From the NCBI GenBank assembly GCA_028023455.1, contig JAQFVV010000003.1, forward strand, positions 12,772,001 through 12,836,000: 64,000 nt of DNA, given 5' to 3'. The notes beneath the pieces were generated by a model. It worked only from the letters and a program-made list of their open reading frames with translations, made no database searches and had not been told where the DNA came from. Made by a program: the position numbers and the translations under genes. Each line of letters starts with the position of its first letter. Within the stretch, counting starts at the first letter, position 1. This document shows, piece by piece, positions 14,199-27,950 of this stretch. Source of the DNA: Epiperipatus broadwayi (Eukaryota; Animalia; Onychophora).

Positions 14199-16860
14199 GT
14201 AATATTTACAATTTGTATAATTATTATTATTATTTTTTTAAATTGTGTTAATAGTGCGTAGCATTTTTTATAGACCCAGTATATTTACGATGTATCTGCT
14301 AAAATGAAATTCGATTTATTATCGCATTTTAATTTTAAATACTTAAGTAAAATAATATTTAACATTGTGTAACACATGCAGGGAATTTTTGTCTCTATTC
14401 ATGATGACAATTACAGTGATAAATAAGGATTAACTTTAATATTACGCCATCATCATTACTATTATCATTTCACACCATATTGCGTGTTTTGTTTTTTTCA
14501 TATGAGGTATCTTTACCGAGTACTAACTTTTCTAAGGGATTAACAAGTAGATTTGAGGCATCAAATTCATAGGTGCTATGATACTATAGAAAACCATATA
14601 TTTCTTTGATTGTTCAGTCTATTTCGCATGCTTAACTGAGATTAAACTAATATTGTACAAATTGAATTTAAAGTTCGCCTTTAACATATCTCTACATTTC
14701 CAGAAACCACTTGCAGTTATTGAATAAACGGATGAACATAAAGTGGCAGTTCAGCCAGTAAGTTCTAAATAGTTCGTGATATATATTTATGCTAAGTAAT
14801 AGAGAAACTAAATACTGATTGATCATTTGCACTAGTAATTCATTATTGTGTCTATTCCTTTAACAATTTATTTTAGCATATCAATATTAGAATTATATCA
14901 TAAATTTTAATGCACCTATATATCATTAATGGAGTTGTTATTGTTGTACAATATTACTAATACTAATCTTAGTGTCATCATGTAGCTGTTGTGTTTTGAT
15001 AAATATTTTAAAGAATTTGGCAATATTCTGGATCTACATTATGATGTTCTAAGGTTTTAATCTCGACAGAATACTTGCAGAATTAAATTTGTTTCATAAT
15101 CTATGAATCTAATACAATGAAGTATTCTTACGTATTGATTATATATCTTTTTTCCGTATTTAGATATATGCTATAACCATTTTTAAATGCAGCTTGGTTT
15201 GTTTTTTTTTATTTTTGGTTTAAGTCAAAAGTTGTCTTAAGAAGTTTGTAAAGATCTTAGTAAATATGTAAAGTGGTGATTCAGCAATTTCTAATACCTT
15301 TATGTATGTGTCTGTATATATATAGAGACATTAATATTTTCATGAGTAAAAGATGTCATATGCTACTTTGAGTTTTTCTATGTGGAAAGACATGCAGAAG
15401 ACTTCATGAAAAGAAAGATCAATAGGAGGATGTTTGGAGGTAGATTCTGATCTCTTTGTAAGTTATTCTTGATGGATTACATCAGTGATGCCTTTAAAAA
15501 AAAAAATTGATGTTACTGAAATTTGAGCAAGCATTATTGATTTTCATGCTAGTAATCAGCATCTTTTTCCAGATCATCTTCCAACTGATTTTTTTTCCAC
15601 ATAAATTATATCTTACTTGTTCTTATACATGAGAAAATTAAAGGAAAAAAAAGATATATATATATTTAAAAATGTCAATTAATATTATGCAATGAAATAA
15701 ATAATCTGATGATAATGTTTATGTTATAATCAAAATAAGAAATAATCCTAATTAAAAAAGAAATTATTTTAAAGCTAGAGCTGACTTTTGATAGAATATA
15801 AAGGTGCCATTTTGAATAGCTGAAAAAACTATGAATCCAAGTTATATATAAAGTGGTTCACATGTGTGTGCTTCCATATTTGTGTGTGTGTGTGTACATA
15901 TATTTATTTCTGCATTCCTCTTGCCAATATTTCTCATGCCTGTATTCTATTGAAAGGTAAAAAAATGGATCATTAAACCATGTGACCAATTTCATTATAC
16001 AACCATTACTCATCAATTGTAATAAGATTGAAATGTATCAGTCCCTCTATTGATTAGTTTTATATTGAATACAAATACTGTAACATGAAATTCATTATTC
16101 ATAAAGTCATAGAAGTCAGTATCAGATAATGGATTCAAGAAGTAAAGGTTACTGAACAGATTTCCATCTGAGGAGAGAGAAAAATCTCAGTTTGATCAAT
16201 TATATAGATTTATTGTGTGCAACATGTCATTCTGATTTGAATATCACATGATCTCTAACCAACTGATGATAATGTAAATAAATGACTATCCAAGCAGAAG
16301 TTGTCAGTGCACATATATTTATATATGCATTATTTGATAGATGCTTTTTCTGTTTTATCAATATTATTTAGATTTAAGGTAAAAACTTAAATTTTATTGA
16401 TAATTGTAGGTCATTTTGAAAATATTAATGTTAGTCACATGTTAATATAAAGATCTTACTATCCTCACTTCCAGAAATCAATCTAAGTATGTTCTGAGGA
16501 ATCAATGAAGTTTCATTATTAACTAAAAAGAATAGGCATTTATTTGTATTAATGTCTATTATTCTTTGATTACTTAATACTTTCATATGTATGCACTGAG
16601 AGATCAGTAAAGTCTAATTATTATCTAAGAACAGGTTATAGGGATTTGCTTGCATATTTAACAGTTTCAGATGGGTTCTAGAGTGATATAGTAACACATT
16701 ATCAATATTTAATGTTAAGATTATAAATGATAATCTAAATAAATGATAGTCATCCTAATCATAATAGATTGTTAATTTGTTTGTTTTTAATAGTTCTTTA
16801 ATATATATATGCATGTATACATCTGTCATTTATTATTAATAGAATTTATTTCTTTTCTAG

Positions 16861-17058
16861 TGGAATCCTATGATTACTACATTGCCAGGTCTTTATCTTA
16901 TCACTATGTTTTTAATTAAAACAATCTCCTGGATTTGTCAGTTAGATCATTCCATATTTTGTGTAACACTGTGGTTAAGGACTATTAACATTTTTTTTGC
17001 TCTTGGTAATTTTTATGTACTGTATTTGATTCTTCAGTCAATACATGGAACTAAAAAG
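16861..17058 (+). CDS. ALG10: ALG10 exon 2
   Basis: Acceptor ttttctAG, then WNPMITTLPGLYLITMFL...LRTINIFFALGNFYVLY...HGTKK (W.PMITTLPGLY motif), then donor AAG|GTAACT. 198 nt, phase 0. Confidence 0.95.
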
Positions 17059-18109
17059 GTAACTGGAGCATATATGTGTGTGTTTTAAGTAATATATGAA
17101 TATTGAATTAATTTATGCATCAACTTTTTTTTGTAACATGAAAAGGCCAAGTTGGTATTATCTAAGAAATAATTCATTATAAAAGTTTGTTTTCTCATAA
17201 AAATAGCTGATAAAGAAAAAATAAATGACCAGCATTAAAACAGTTAAATTTGCCAATCCAATAATGATTGTGCTCTTAAGAAAATTGAAAAACAAAATGT
17301 CATGAATTATTCTGGAGAAATGCCATTCATATTATTACCAGAATTTAATGTTGAAGTGATGACATCCTATAATGACAATGACGACGACGACATTTATAGT
17401 TTGCTGATATTTCAAACACATTCTTTTTTTTTTTTTACAAAATATTTTTTCCTTTTATGTTTAGTATTTATCTTAATTTTAGCTTAGGTTTGTTTGATTT
17501 ATATACATATAATCAGATATGGAAATATTTTCACAATATAAAACATGAATTTATACCAAAATCCAATGTCATATAAGTATTTTTATTTTACATTTATCTT
17601 GCTTAATTGAGTAGACTTCTTATGTTAATTGCTATTAATATTTAAAATAGTAATTAGAATTTTTATTTTACGTTGATGATTTCTTTATTATGATGTTGAA
17701 ATGTTTTACTTGATTTAAATAGTTATTATGAATTTAATTACACAATTTAAAAAAGAAAAATTGTTAATGAAATATACATTGTACATAGTTTTAAAATATA
17801 AACAGGTGTTATATGGGTGACTGCAGAAAGGAATTTGCTGATAACTGAAAGGAGACCGTTTGATCCCTCTTGGAGACCTTAAAGGGACCGAGCAAGGCAA
17901 ATTCCTAATGTCTACTCCATACATTCTTGTTATACAGTATACAAACATGGGCTGTCACCAACACGCATTAGCCAGTGTGATGAATTTATTGGCTTTTTAC
18001 CTCTGAGTTTAAGATCAAGAAACATCATGTTCTTTCTTCCCATTTGCCTGATAAGGCAGAATGAATGTGTGTGCGAATGAAAAAATTTCTAATAAATATG
18101 TACAATCAA

Positions 18110-19978
18110 GGACCCTTATTCCCAGGAGGCTGTAAAGTCACCGGCCAAGCCAGCAATTGGTGACTAAAAGTGGAGGGTGCTAAGAATCCCATGATTGCGG
18201 ACCCAGGCTGCCATTTGATAACGACTTTTTATTTAGGAACTTCCAACTGCAGATTACTTTCAAGTGAAGGAAGATTGCAAGAATTGGAAGAAGAACTGTC
18301 TCATGCTAAATGGGATATTATTGGACTTAGAAGAAAAGATGAAGAGACAATTGATTTAAAAAGTGGACATGTTATTCTACTATAAAGGCACAAATATTGG
18401 AAGTACAAGTGGAGTAGGGTTCATTATAAGTAAAAAGTGGAAGAACAACATTGCGGAGATTGATGGTGTAATGGATAGAGTGACAAGATTAGTTTTTCAA
18501 CTTAATAGCAGATACCAAGTTCAGATAATTCAGGTTTATACCCCATCAAGTTCTCATAATGATGAAATAATAGATTTTTATATGGATGTACAAAAGGCTT
18601 TTGATCAGACTAAACAATATTTTAAAATTGTTATGAGACACTTTAATGCTAGAATTGATGAACAAATGAAAGTGCTGTAGGTAAATTTGGTTATGGTAAT
18701 AGAAATGAGAGAGGACATTTGCTGAAAAAGAAAAATTTATATTATGAATTCTTTTTTTGAGAAAAATGTTAAAAGGAAATGGACATGGAAGCATCCAAAA
18801 TGAAGATACAGCAGAATTTGATTATATTTTGACTAACAGAAAATACATATTTCAAGATTGTAATGTCCTTAATAAATTCAACACAGGAAGTGATCATCAA
18901 TTAGTAAGATGTAAAATACATGTTAATGCAAAACTAGAGAGACAAAAATTATTAAGAAAAATAATATTTGCAGTTGATATTCCTAATCTTCAGAAACATT
19001 CTAATAAATTTAAATTAGAACTTGCAAATCGTTTTCAAATATTAGTAGATTTTGAACATGATTCAGATTGAATGAAATTAATAGGAAAGTAACTGATACA
19101 CTTTTAAAAACTGCAACAAAAATAGCTGGTAAAAAGAAAAAGCAGCAATTGACCAATAAAATTTTTACTGAGATTGGAGAATTTATGAAGAAAAGAAGGA
19201 TATAAAGATATATAAAAATGATGCATTAAGAAAGATTGAATATCTTGAATTTTGTAAAGTGGTGTGAAAAAGTGTTTATAATGATATAAGAAAATACAAT
19301 TGTGAACTAGCAAGGAAAGTTGTAGAAGAGAATAAAAGTCTCAAGAATGTAAAACAACATTTTGGTATTGGTAGGAAACTTATATTTTCAATAAGAAAAA
19401 AAAATGGAATTATTACTAAAAAGAGAGATGACATCATGAAATGGGTAGAAGAGTTCTATCAAGAATTGTATAGTAATAAAGAACATGTACCTCCTACATC
19501 TATTATATCTTCTGAATTGCTTAAGATTTTAAATGAAGAAGTGAGACATGCAATTAAATTTATGAAGAAGGAAAAAGCACCAAGTAATGATGGAATTATA
19601 ATCGATATATTAAAAGAAGCAAGTGAAGAAATAGAAAATTTTTTGGCAAAGTTATATACCAAATGTCTAAATGATAAAGATGTATCAGCTTATTGGAAGA
19701 ATGCAATATTAATATTAATATTTTAAAAAGGTGATAAAGAAGATATTAGAAATTACAGATCTATCAGTCTTTTATCAGTTTTATACAAAATTTTTACAAA
19801 GATAATTACAACTCATCTACAGTGAACATTGGATTTGAACCAACCAAAAGAACATGCTGGATTTAAAAGTAGTTTTAATACAGTAGATCATATTCAAGTA
19901 TTGAGAGAAGTTATAGAAAGGACCAATGAATATGAGTTGGCATTATGCTTTGGATTTGTAGATTATGAAAAGGCATTC
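18110..19978 (+). mobile_element. Decayed RTE-1-like LINE (endonuclease plus first half of RT), 3' truncated
   Basis: ORF pieces GVGFIISKKW..DRVTRLVFQLNSRYQVQIIQVYTP, FDYILTNRKYIFQDCNVLNKFNTGSDHQLV, KKEKAPSNDGI and QPKEHAGFKSSFNTVDHIQVLREVIERTNEY..FVDYEKAF. Confidence 0.9.
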
Positions 19979-21763
19979 ATAATAATTTCACCATTAATTA
20001 AATCTCATAGAGTTTTCTTCCCATTAAAATGCAAATTTGATTCACTCTCACTATACTTGAAAAATATTAAAATATGTAATTCTAATCAACTTCTTTTCTT
20101 AAGATTCATTTTTATATTGAAAACCTTTATTCCTACTGATTCACCATTTAGCTTCATATTTATTAACCCTCAGTTTTTCATATTAGTCATTTGTCACTGC
20201 ACAATTATTCTTTATTATAGTAGATGATGATGATTTTTATTTACAAGTCATGTTACTGCCCGTAAAACTGTCATTACTTATTTATTGTCCTAAGCATTTG
20301 ATTTAGGGGTGTATAAAAAGTCATTCTGGCTAATCAAATAGAACCATATCTGTACTTAAAATATTGTTTGACTTACTGCTTTTATCTTTAATTCTATTCA
20401 TAAGAAGTAAACTTATTATGATTTTTTATATTTTAAGTTAATCTCTCTTTTGACTGATATATCAGAGAACATTAGTTCAATGTGCTGACTAAAATAAAAA
20501 ATAACTAAATATTATATATCCTTCATCTTAAATTATTATTTAAATATATTGTTCAATTTAATTCAAATCTTTTAAAAAGAAAGTATATAATTGCTTAGCT
20601 TTATTCCATTTTATTTTTGCCATATCTGTTTGTTATACTATTTTCAAATGAAACCTCAATCATTGTTTTTTAAGGAAGTAGAAAAATAAATGATAAATAC
20701 AATAAACCTTATTAAAAATTATAGATAAGTACAATTTAATAATCATTCATTGAAATGCATATAAAGTACAATTCAGATTTCATAATTCAAAACATTCAAC
20801 ATTTATTTGCAATGCGTGTGTATGGGTATATATAAATAATTTTAATCATGTATACATTTTTTAAAAACTAGTATTAATTAAAGATTAGAAATTTAGAGAT
20901 TTTTTTTTTTATATTTAACTTTTATAACAATCTTGAATTTAATTTTATAAATAATAAAACAATATTAAAAAAATCTTGAAATTTTATTCTTCAAAATTTT
21001 ATAAATCTTTATAAAAAATTTAAGATACTATTTACTGAAAAAAATCTTTGATTTACTTTTTTTTTGTGCAAACTTTATTTTAATTCAAAATGTAATTTCT
21101 AAAAAATGCAAACATTTTCATAATTATTATCATCAAGTAAGAAATAATGGAACAATTTCTTGAATTTGCAAAGTTCAGTACTAACTTAAGTTCACCATAT
21201 TCTCTCTCTACCTTCTAAATATTGTGGTTTAACAAAAACAAAAGCCAGAATAGAAATATGAGTAACAAATTAAAATAATTTTCACAAGTATTTGCAATAA
21301 AATAAAACTTAATAATAAACTTTTTCAAGTTTTTATTTAATCCGAAGAAAGAATGGACAGCAAAAAAGTATTGTTTCATTTTTTTTTTTTAAATAATAAT
21401 AAAATATAGTAAACTAATGACACATTGTTATGCACAGGGCTGCCACATGCCAGTTTGCAGGTTATGTGGGGAAGATGCTTCATCACAAGACCACCAAGAT
21501 GTCAAAATACTTAATAAAATTTACATGTAAAGGAAAATGTTTACATTTTTGAATCACATTATTGTTAGAAATATATTCTGAGAGTAAATATTTTTTATTT
21601 AAATATGAGAAGAATACTTCTTTATTTAAGCTTATTGTGACAATTTCCCGAGCCTTAAATTTTGGGGTTCAAGCTCACAATATATTACATATATACTCTT
21701 ATTATTGTGCTAAACCGAACAGGCTGACTGCCATTTTGTCATCATAATTTGCACATAAATGTT

Positions 21764-22338
21764 TAAATGGTACTAATTACATATCCGGGCTTGGCCGCTT
21801 GATGGTGTTGTTGCCAGTCAAAAACAATACAATGCAACGTTACCGGGCCGCGATTTTTAAAATACAGCGACTTATGGCGATTTTTTTTTTGGCTTTATTT
21901 GTATTATGCAATTTCAATTTTGAGATGTTTAAAAACAACTTTTACTCTTAATTATTAATTATTGCTATTTTTAAAACAACTTTTAATTATTCAAAACAAC
22001 TTTTAACTATATGGCGACTTTTTTTTGGCTTTATTTGTATTACGTGAATTCTGTTTTAAGATTTTTAAAAACAACTTTTACTATTAATTATTTCTATTTT
22101 GCGATTTTTAAAAACAATTTTTAATTATTTCTATTTTGCAATTTTTAAAAACTTTTAATTATTCAAAACAACTTTTAACTTTTTTTTTGACTTTGTCTTA
22201 CTTTTTTTTTCGACTGTGGTAGCCATTTTATTAGTATCACGGTATTTCACATTGAAACTAGACTTTAACTCAGAAGATTCTTGGCTAGAGAAAATGCCAT
22301 CAAGCGGCCAAGCCTGGCTATGTAATTAGTATCGTTTA
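21764..22338. mobile_element. MITE with ~46-bp TIRs and internal AT-rich tandem duplications
   Basis: taaatggtactaattacatatccgggcttggccgcttgatgg versus ccatcaagcggccaagcctggctatgtaattagtatcgttta. Internal repeats of ggcgatt(t)nggctttatttgtatt...aaaacaacttttaa. Confidence 0.8.
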
Positions 22339-23759
22339 GATTTCTGAATAATTTTATTTTTAGAAACACATTCTGATCTGTAAATATTTTTTATTTAAAT
22401 ATAAAATACTTTTTTATTTAAACTTGTGATAATTGCTTGAACCTCTAAATATATATATATATATATACAGGCCAACACCCTTTAGTTGCTATAATTAATA
22501 AAATATATATTTAAATGAAACTGTTTAGATTTTCCAATCACAATTAAGTCATTATTTTTAATAATTTTTTTAAAAATAAAATTTATTTTAAAAATATTGC
22601 CTCATGATTACAATAATTGTGCATGTTATGAAATTCAGTTTATCAATAATATTTTACAGTTTAGAGTAATGTTAGCACCACCATTCTATGAAATAAAAAA
22701 TTTGCAAATTAAAAGACAGTTTTTTCAGTGCTTTTGCAAGAAAAACTTGAAAATATGGCTTTAGTCATTTAACATGTTAGTAAATACCTTACGTGTTTTA
22801 TTCATTTATTTCTATAAAATAAACTCTGAAATTAAAACACATGCTTTTAAAATAAAACAAATTAATGTTTAAAAAATAGTTTTTGAAACAATAATTAAAT
22901 AATACCTTAAAACAAAAATATTTATTTTGTAACATAAGTGGAATATTTCTATCAAACGTTTTTATATTATTTTTTTAGATAATTCTACAAAATTGCTAAT
23001 GGAGATAGAAAATATCTGCTAATAGAATAATTTTTTTAATATCTTAAATGTGTTTATCATATTTAAAAGAACCACCACACATTTCTACGAAAACATTGCA
23101 CTGCTCCCCTCCCTTTCTCGAGCCTGCATTGATATTAACCTGGTTATTAAAAATATGTACATCCACAATATGATTCTTTGGAATGATGCGCTTTTGAGCT
23201 CCATGATGCATAGCAAGAAATGAAGATACCCTGACTTCTTTACATTATTTTTTTTGAATTAGTATTTATTTGAAAACCCATTGAAATCTCTCGTGCATAA
23301 ACTTATTCATGTATTCTATTAACAAAATTATATTCCTTCAATAATAAAATATTTTTACTATTATTTAATTTTTTACTTTTTAAAAATTATTATTTATTAT
23401 ATATAAGAAACATTCAAATATAAGCAAATTATATATATATAGTTTGATATTTTAAATTTTCATACTTACATTGTTTATTGATATAACTTTTATATTTTAA
23501 TCCACCAAACTAAGTCAGTTTTAAATAGCATAGCTCATATAACTCTTATATCCCATTAATATTTTTTTGTTAAAAAGAAAACCGAAAATTCTTTATTTAA
23601 AAATTCTATTCATTTTTAAATGATACAAAACTTTATTATATTTTTTATTAACAAAAGTACTTGGATTTATTTGTGTTCAATAATAAATTCACACTACTAT
23701 ATTATACTTTTTAACTTTTATTAATATGTATTATTATATATATTATACTTTATTATATA

Positions 23760-26421
23760 GTTTGTCAATTAGGGATTTGGAATATCATGAAAGTACAGCT
23801 GAGCTGTTGACACTGGCTACACACAAGGCATTATTGAAATATAATAAAATACCTATATGTATCACCCTAATGTTGTCCAGGCTAAAATGGATATGTTCAG
23901 ATCCATTGATGGTGTAATTCCTTATCTGGATAATATTTTGATTATGAGTGCAATGGAATCTGAATTGGAAAAATGGGTAGATTTAGTCTGCTCAAAATTA
24001 GCAAAGTCAAAAGCAAAAATTAATGTTAGCAAATGTATTCGGTCTTTAAAAGAGATAAAATTTCTCAGATGTTATAAATGCTCAGGGACAGTTTCCAGAT
24101 CCAAATAAAGTTAAGCCTAGAAAGAATTGCAAGCTTTCATAGGACTCTTAAATTTCTATGAGAGTTTTTTGAAAAAAAATTGCACTATTCATCTCCATTT
24201 TATCGACTTCTTAAGAAAAAACATTGTTGGACGTGCAAAAGTAAGCATGAAAAGATTTTTAACATTGCAAAAGAAATGCTAATTTCAAAAAGCTTATTGA
24301 TCCGTTATTGGAGTGATTTGGATGTGATTATAATGACCAATACATCAGCATACAGTGTAGGAACTGTTATTTTTCATTTATGCTTCAGAGGTGAACATTT
24401 GATTGCTTATGATTCAAGAGTACTTACAGCATCTGAAAAGAATTACAGCCAAATTGATATGGAGGTATTAACTGTCATATTTGCTATTAAGAAATTCCAC
24501 CAATATGTTTATGGGTGGAAGTTTAAGATCTATATAGACTATCACCCTCTGTTGGGAATTTTCGGTTCCGAGAAAAAATTCTCAATCAAGTAAGTCATCG
24601 AATGTTATGCTAGATTAATATATTGTCTCATTGTGATTGTCAACTAGTTTTCAAAGCGAGAAGTGAAATCAGACCTGCAGATACCTTGTTGTGATTACCC
24701 GATCATAAAGAAAAATTATATGTGGTTAAAAAAATAAACTATATAGATTCATTGAAATCTTAGATAATAAATAGTGCTATAGTATCAGAATGGATTAGAT
24801 GAGATAATGGTTATGAGCAGTTGGTGAAGTGGGTAAAAAGTGGTTGGCCAAATACTCATCTCCTTGAATTAGATAAAATAATTTGAATAGAGATAGACTG
24901 TCAGTTTGTTGTAGATGTATATTGAACTCTGATCGTGTACTGGTGCTCCTTCTAGAAGAATTCAAGTACTGTATTAAATTTGTTACATTAAGGTCACCCA
25001 GGAGTTGTCAGAATGAAAGCTCTCACTCACTACTATGTCTGGTGGCCTAATATAACTGAAGATATTGAAAAATTTAGTAAAAAAATGTTTAGATTGTCTA
25101 CAGACAGCTAAGCTATCACCTAAGCAATTAGAGACATTGACAAGATCCACAACTCTGTGGACTTCATGCAGGTCCAATAGATGGACACCTACTACTTATA
25201 TTGGTTGATGCCTACTCTAGATGGATGGAATATAAGTTGATCAAGAATGCAAGCACTTAATGTACTGTAACTGCATTAAATTAAATCTTTGCTACTCATG
25301 ATTTCCCAGAGCTTATTGTGACCGATAATGGGTACAGCTTTCACATCTCAAAGATTTATGGAAAAAACTGTACAAAGTTTAAAAAATAGTTTGAAGTAAA
25401 TGAAATATAAAAACATGTCTGAAGTTTTGATAGAGATGATGTACAGGCAACATTTTACACCTAGTACTGCAACTGGGAAAACTCCAGCTGAATTGTTGAT
25501 GGGTTGCTCATTCCATACTAACTCAGTTGTTATCTATTGTTATTAAAAGAATTAAAAAACAAAATTTCATGGATTATTAGAAGGGAAACAAATGTGTATA
25601 CAAGATTTTGCTTAAAAGTCAATGGATACTGGAATAATTGTAAAGATACTGTCAAAACAAATGAGACTTGCAAAGTTACCAAATGATAAAGAGTTTAGGA
25701 AGCACATAAATCACATGCTTTGCCATAACAAGGATTTTATAGTTGAGATTGGCCAAAAGGAAGTGTAATAATCTAATGTTATGAAAAGAGGAGGTAGTGA
25801 CTGATCCAGAATGTAGCCTAGAGATAGAGGTAAATGAAGAAGCCTTTTTTGATCAACAACAAGATTGCTTTACTGCAGTGGTTAAAGCTCTGATGGTAGT
25901 TTTTAGAATTCCAAGAATACGTCCCTATCTGCTAAATTTGAAGATATTGTTTGTCATTAAACCTATTAATTTTGGAGTAGGGGAAGGACTAGAATGTCTG
26001 ATTAAATTTCTAGTATATATCTGTTTATTAGTGATTGGTCTGGTCTATTGAAGAGAGTGCTGAATTACTCTAAAATTAAAACATTACAGAGCACTGCAAA
26101 TAGACTCATTTGCATATCTAAAAGTCATAAAGAATGAAGATGCAGCAGTAGAGAGAGAAAGTAGAAGTATCCTCCAGTGAAACTGTAGTCAAAGCAGTCA
26201 TCGAATGATGGAAATGAAAACTTAATTTCTAAATTATGCTGACCGCAGCAAGGTATAAATGTGTTAGTATTGTTTATTTCCTTCAAATCAAATAATGTGT
26301 GTATTCAACAAGTTGTTCTTTATGTTACTGATATATGGACTAAGAACTAATTAATATTTTAATATATATTCTTCATTATTGTTATTACTTTGTTAATAAA
26401 TAAATAAATAAGCAACTAACA
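23760..26421 (+). mobile_element. Decayed Ty3/gypsy LTR retrotransposon (RT-RNaseH-integrase plus putative 3' LTR)
   Basis: RT YLDNILI; RNase H IAYDSRVLTASEKNYSQIDMEVLTVIFAIKKFHQYVYG; integrase HPGVVRMK..WWPNI and PELIVTDNG. A putative LTR at 26262-26421 is bounded by TGTTAG...CTAACA. No 5' LTR or gag seen. Confidence 0.85.
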
Positions 26422-27562
26422 AAGTCGTAATTGTGTTAACCTTCAGACATAGTAGCCAGGATTTATTTAAGGAAAGAAATTTTAAATTTTCATACTTAGA
26501 TTATTTCTTCAATACATTTTTAGAAGCAATTAAAACACTTTGCATTTTATTTTGTTTATTCATTGGTTATGTTTGAAAAGTATTAAAAAAAAACCATTTC
26601 TTCCATTAGATACATTTTGTAGACATTGTCACTATTGCAATCATATAGGGGTTTGCATTAAATAATATTGTTACCATGAAATTTGTTAAGAATTAAATAT
26701 TTTGGCATGCAATAATATCTTCTAAAAAATTGTTTTTTTTTTTATTCATTCTGTTTTTCTTAGATTTGGAACGTAGGGCGAATTATGGATCAATTACAAG
26801 TTTTTAGCTAAAGAATGCATTACAATACTTACTGCATGTGTTTAGAAATCTGAATGTAATAGCATTGTTTGTCATGTTACGCCAATTATTTAACATGCTG
26901 ATGAAACCTATTTTGTTTTTGGCTATGAACCACCAGATCAATAACATGAGAAAGATCAGGAAAAAATTAATATCTTTCATGAAATTATATAATAGTTTTG
27001 CAGAAATGCTTTCAACTACATCAAGCCAAGATTGATTATAATAATACCTATATGCAATTTTCTTCATATTTCTGATTAATTAAGTTCAAAGATATGCCAT
27101 TATAACACATCTTGTTTGGCATTAATATAACAGGAGTTTGACTTTTGTGGAAAGAGTGATGTGCCATAATTAAATTATGATTATTTTAATTATAGAAGAA
27201 CTTTATCTAAAAATTTTATATGATTTTTCCTTTAATGTGTTAATACAAGGACTGAGACATGAATCTCCAGTATTTTTTAATATATTTCCGATTTTATAGA
27301 CAAACAATTTATAGCCTGCTTTATTGGTTGTATTATCACAATAGCTGAAACAGAAATCTCCACTAATCTTTAATCTTTTTCTGTTGTTTATGTATATAAA
27401 TAATTTTATATGTTTGTTTTATTAGTTGTGTTAATACAAGTGATAAGATAGAAATTTTCATATAGAATACTATTACTATGAATGTCTAAATAATTTGAAA
27501 ATTGCTATTATTTACATAAAATTACAAAGTTGTAATTATAAATTTATTTAAACGCACATTTA

Positions 27563-27950
27563 TAGCCTCAAGCACATGCGTATAAAATGCGATAGTAGGG
27601 ACCTCTACAGGTCTTAAAACCACAAGCTTACTCATTGGAAAAAAAAAGGGGAACCCTTCTTAATTACTTCAACCTACTTTCTATTTATCACTATAAAATC
27701 TTTCCATTGACTCATTGTAAATCGAAAGATTTCACGAGTATTAATGTGTAATAAGAAATGTGAACTTAATTAGTGAAGTATTGAATAGCTTCACACTCTC
27801 AGATCGAACCGCTTCAGCTTCACCTATTTAAATAGAAAGTAGGTTGAAGTAAAGAAGGGTTCCCCTCTTTTCTTCCAATGAGTAAGCTTGTGGTTTTAAG
27901 ACTTGTAGAGGTCCCTACTATCGCATTTTATACGCATGTGCTTGAGACTA
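27563..27950. mobile_element. Young MITE with ~125-bp near-identical TIRs (probable TA target duplication, Tc1/mariner-type)
   Basis: tagcctcaagcacatgcgtataaaatgcgatagtagggacctctac...ttctattta is mirrored at 27826-27950 with few mismatches. TA lies at both ends. Confidence 0.85.
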
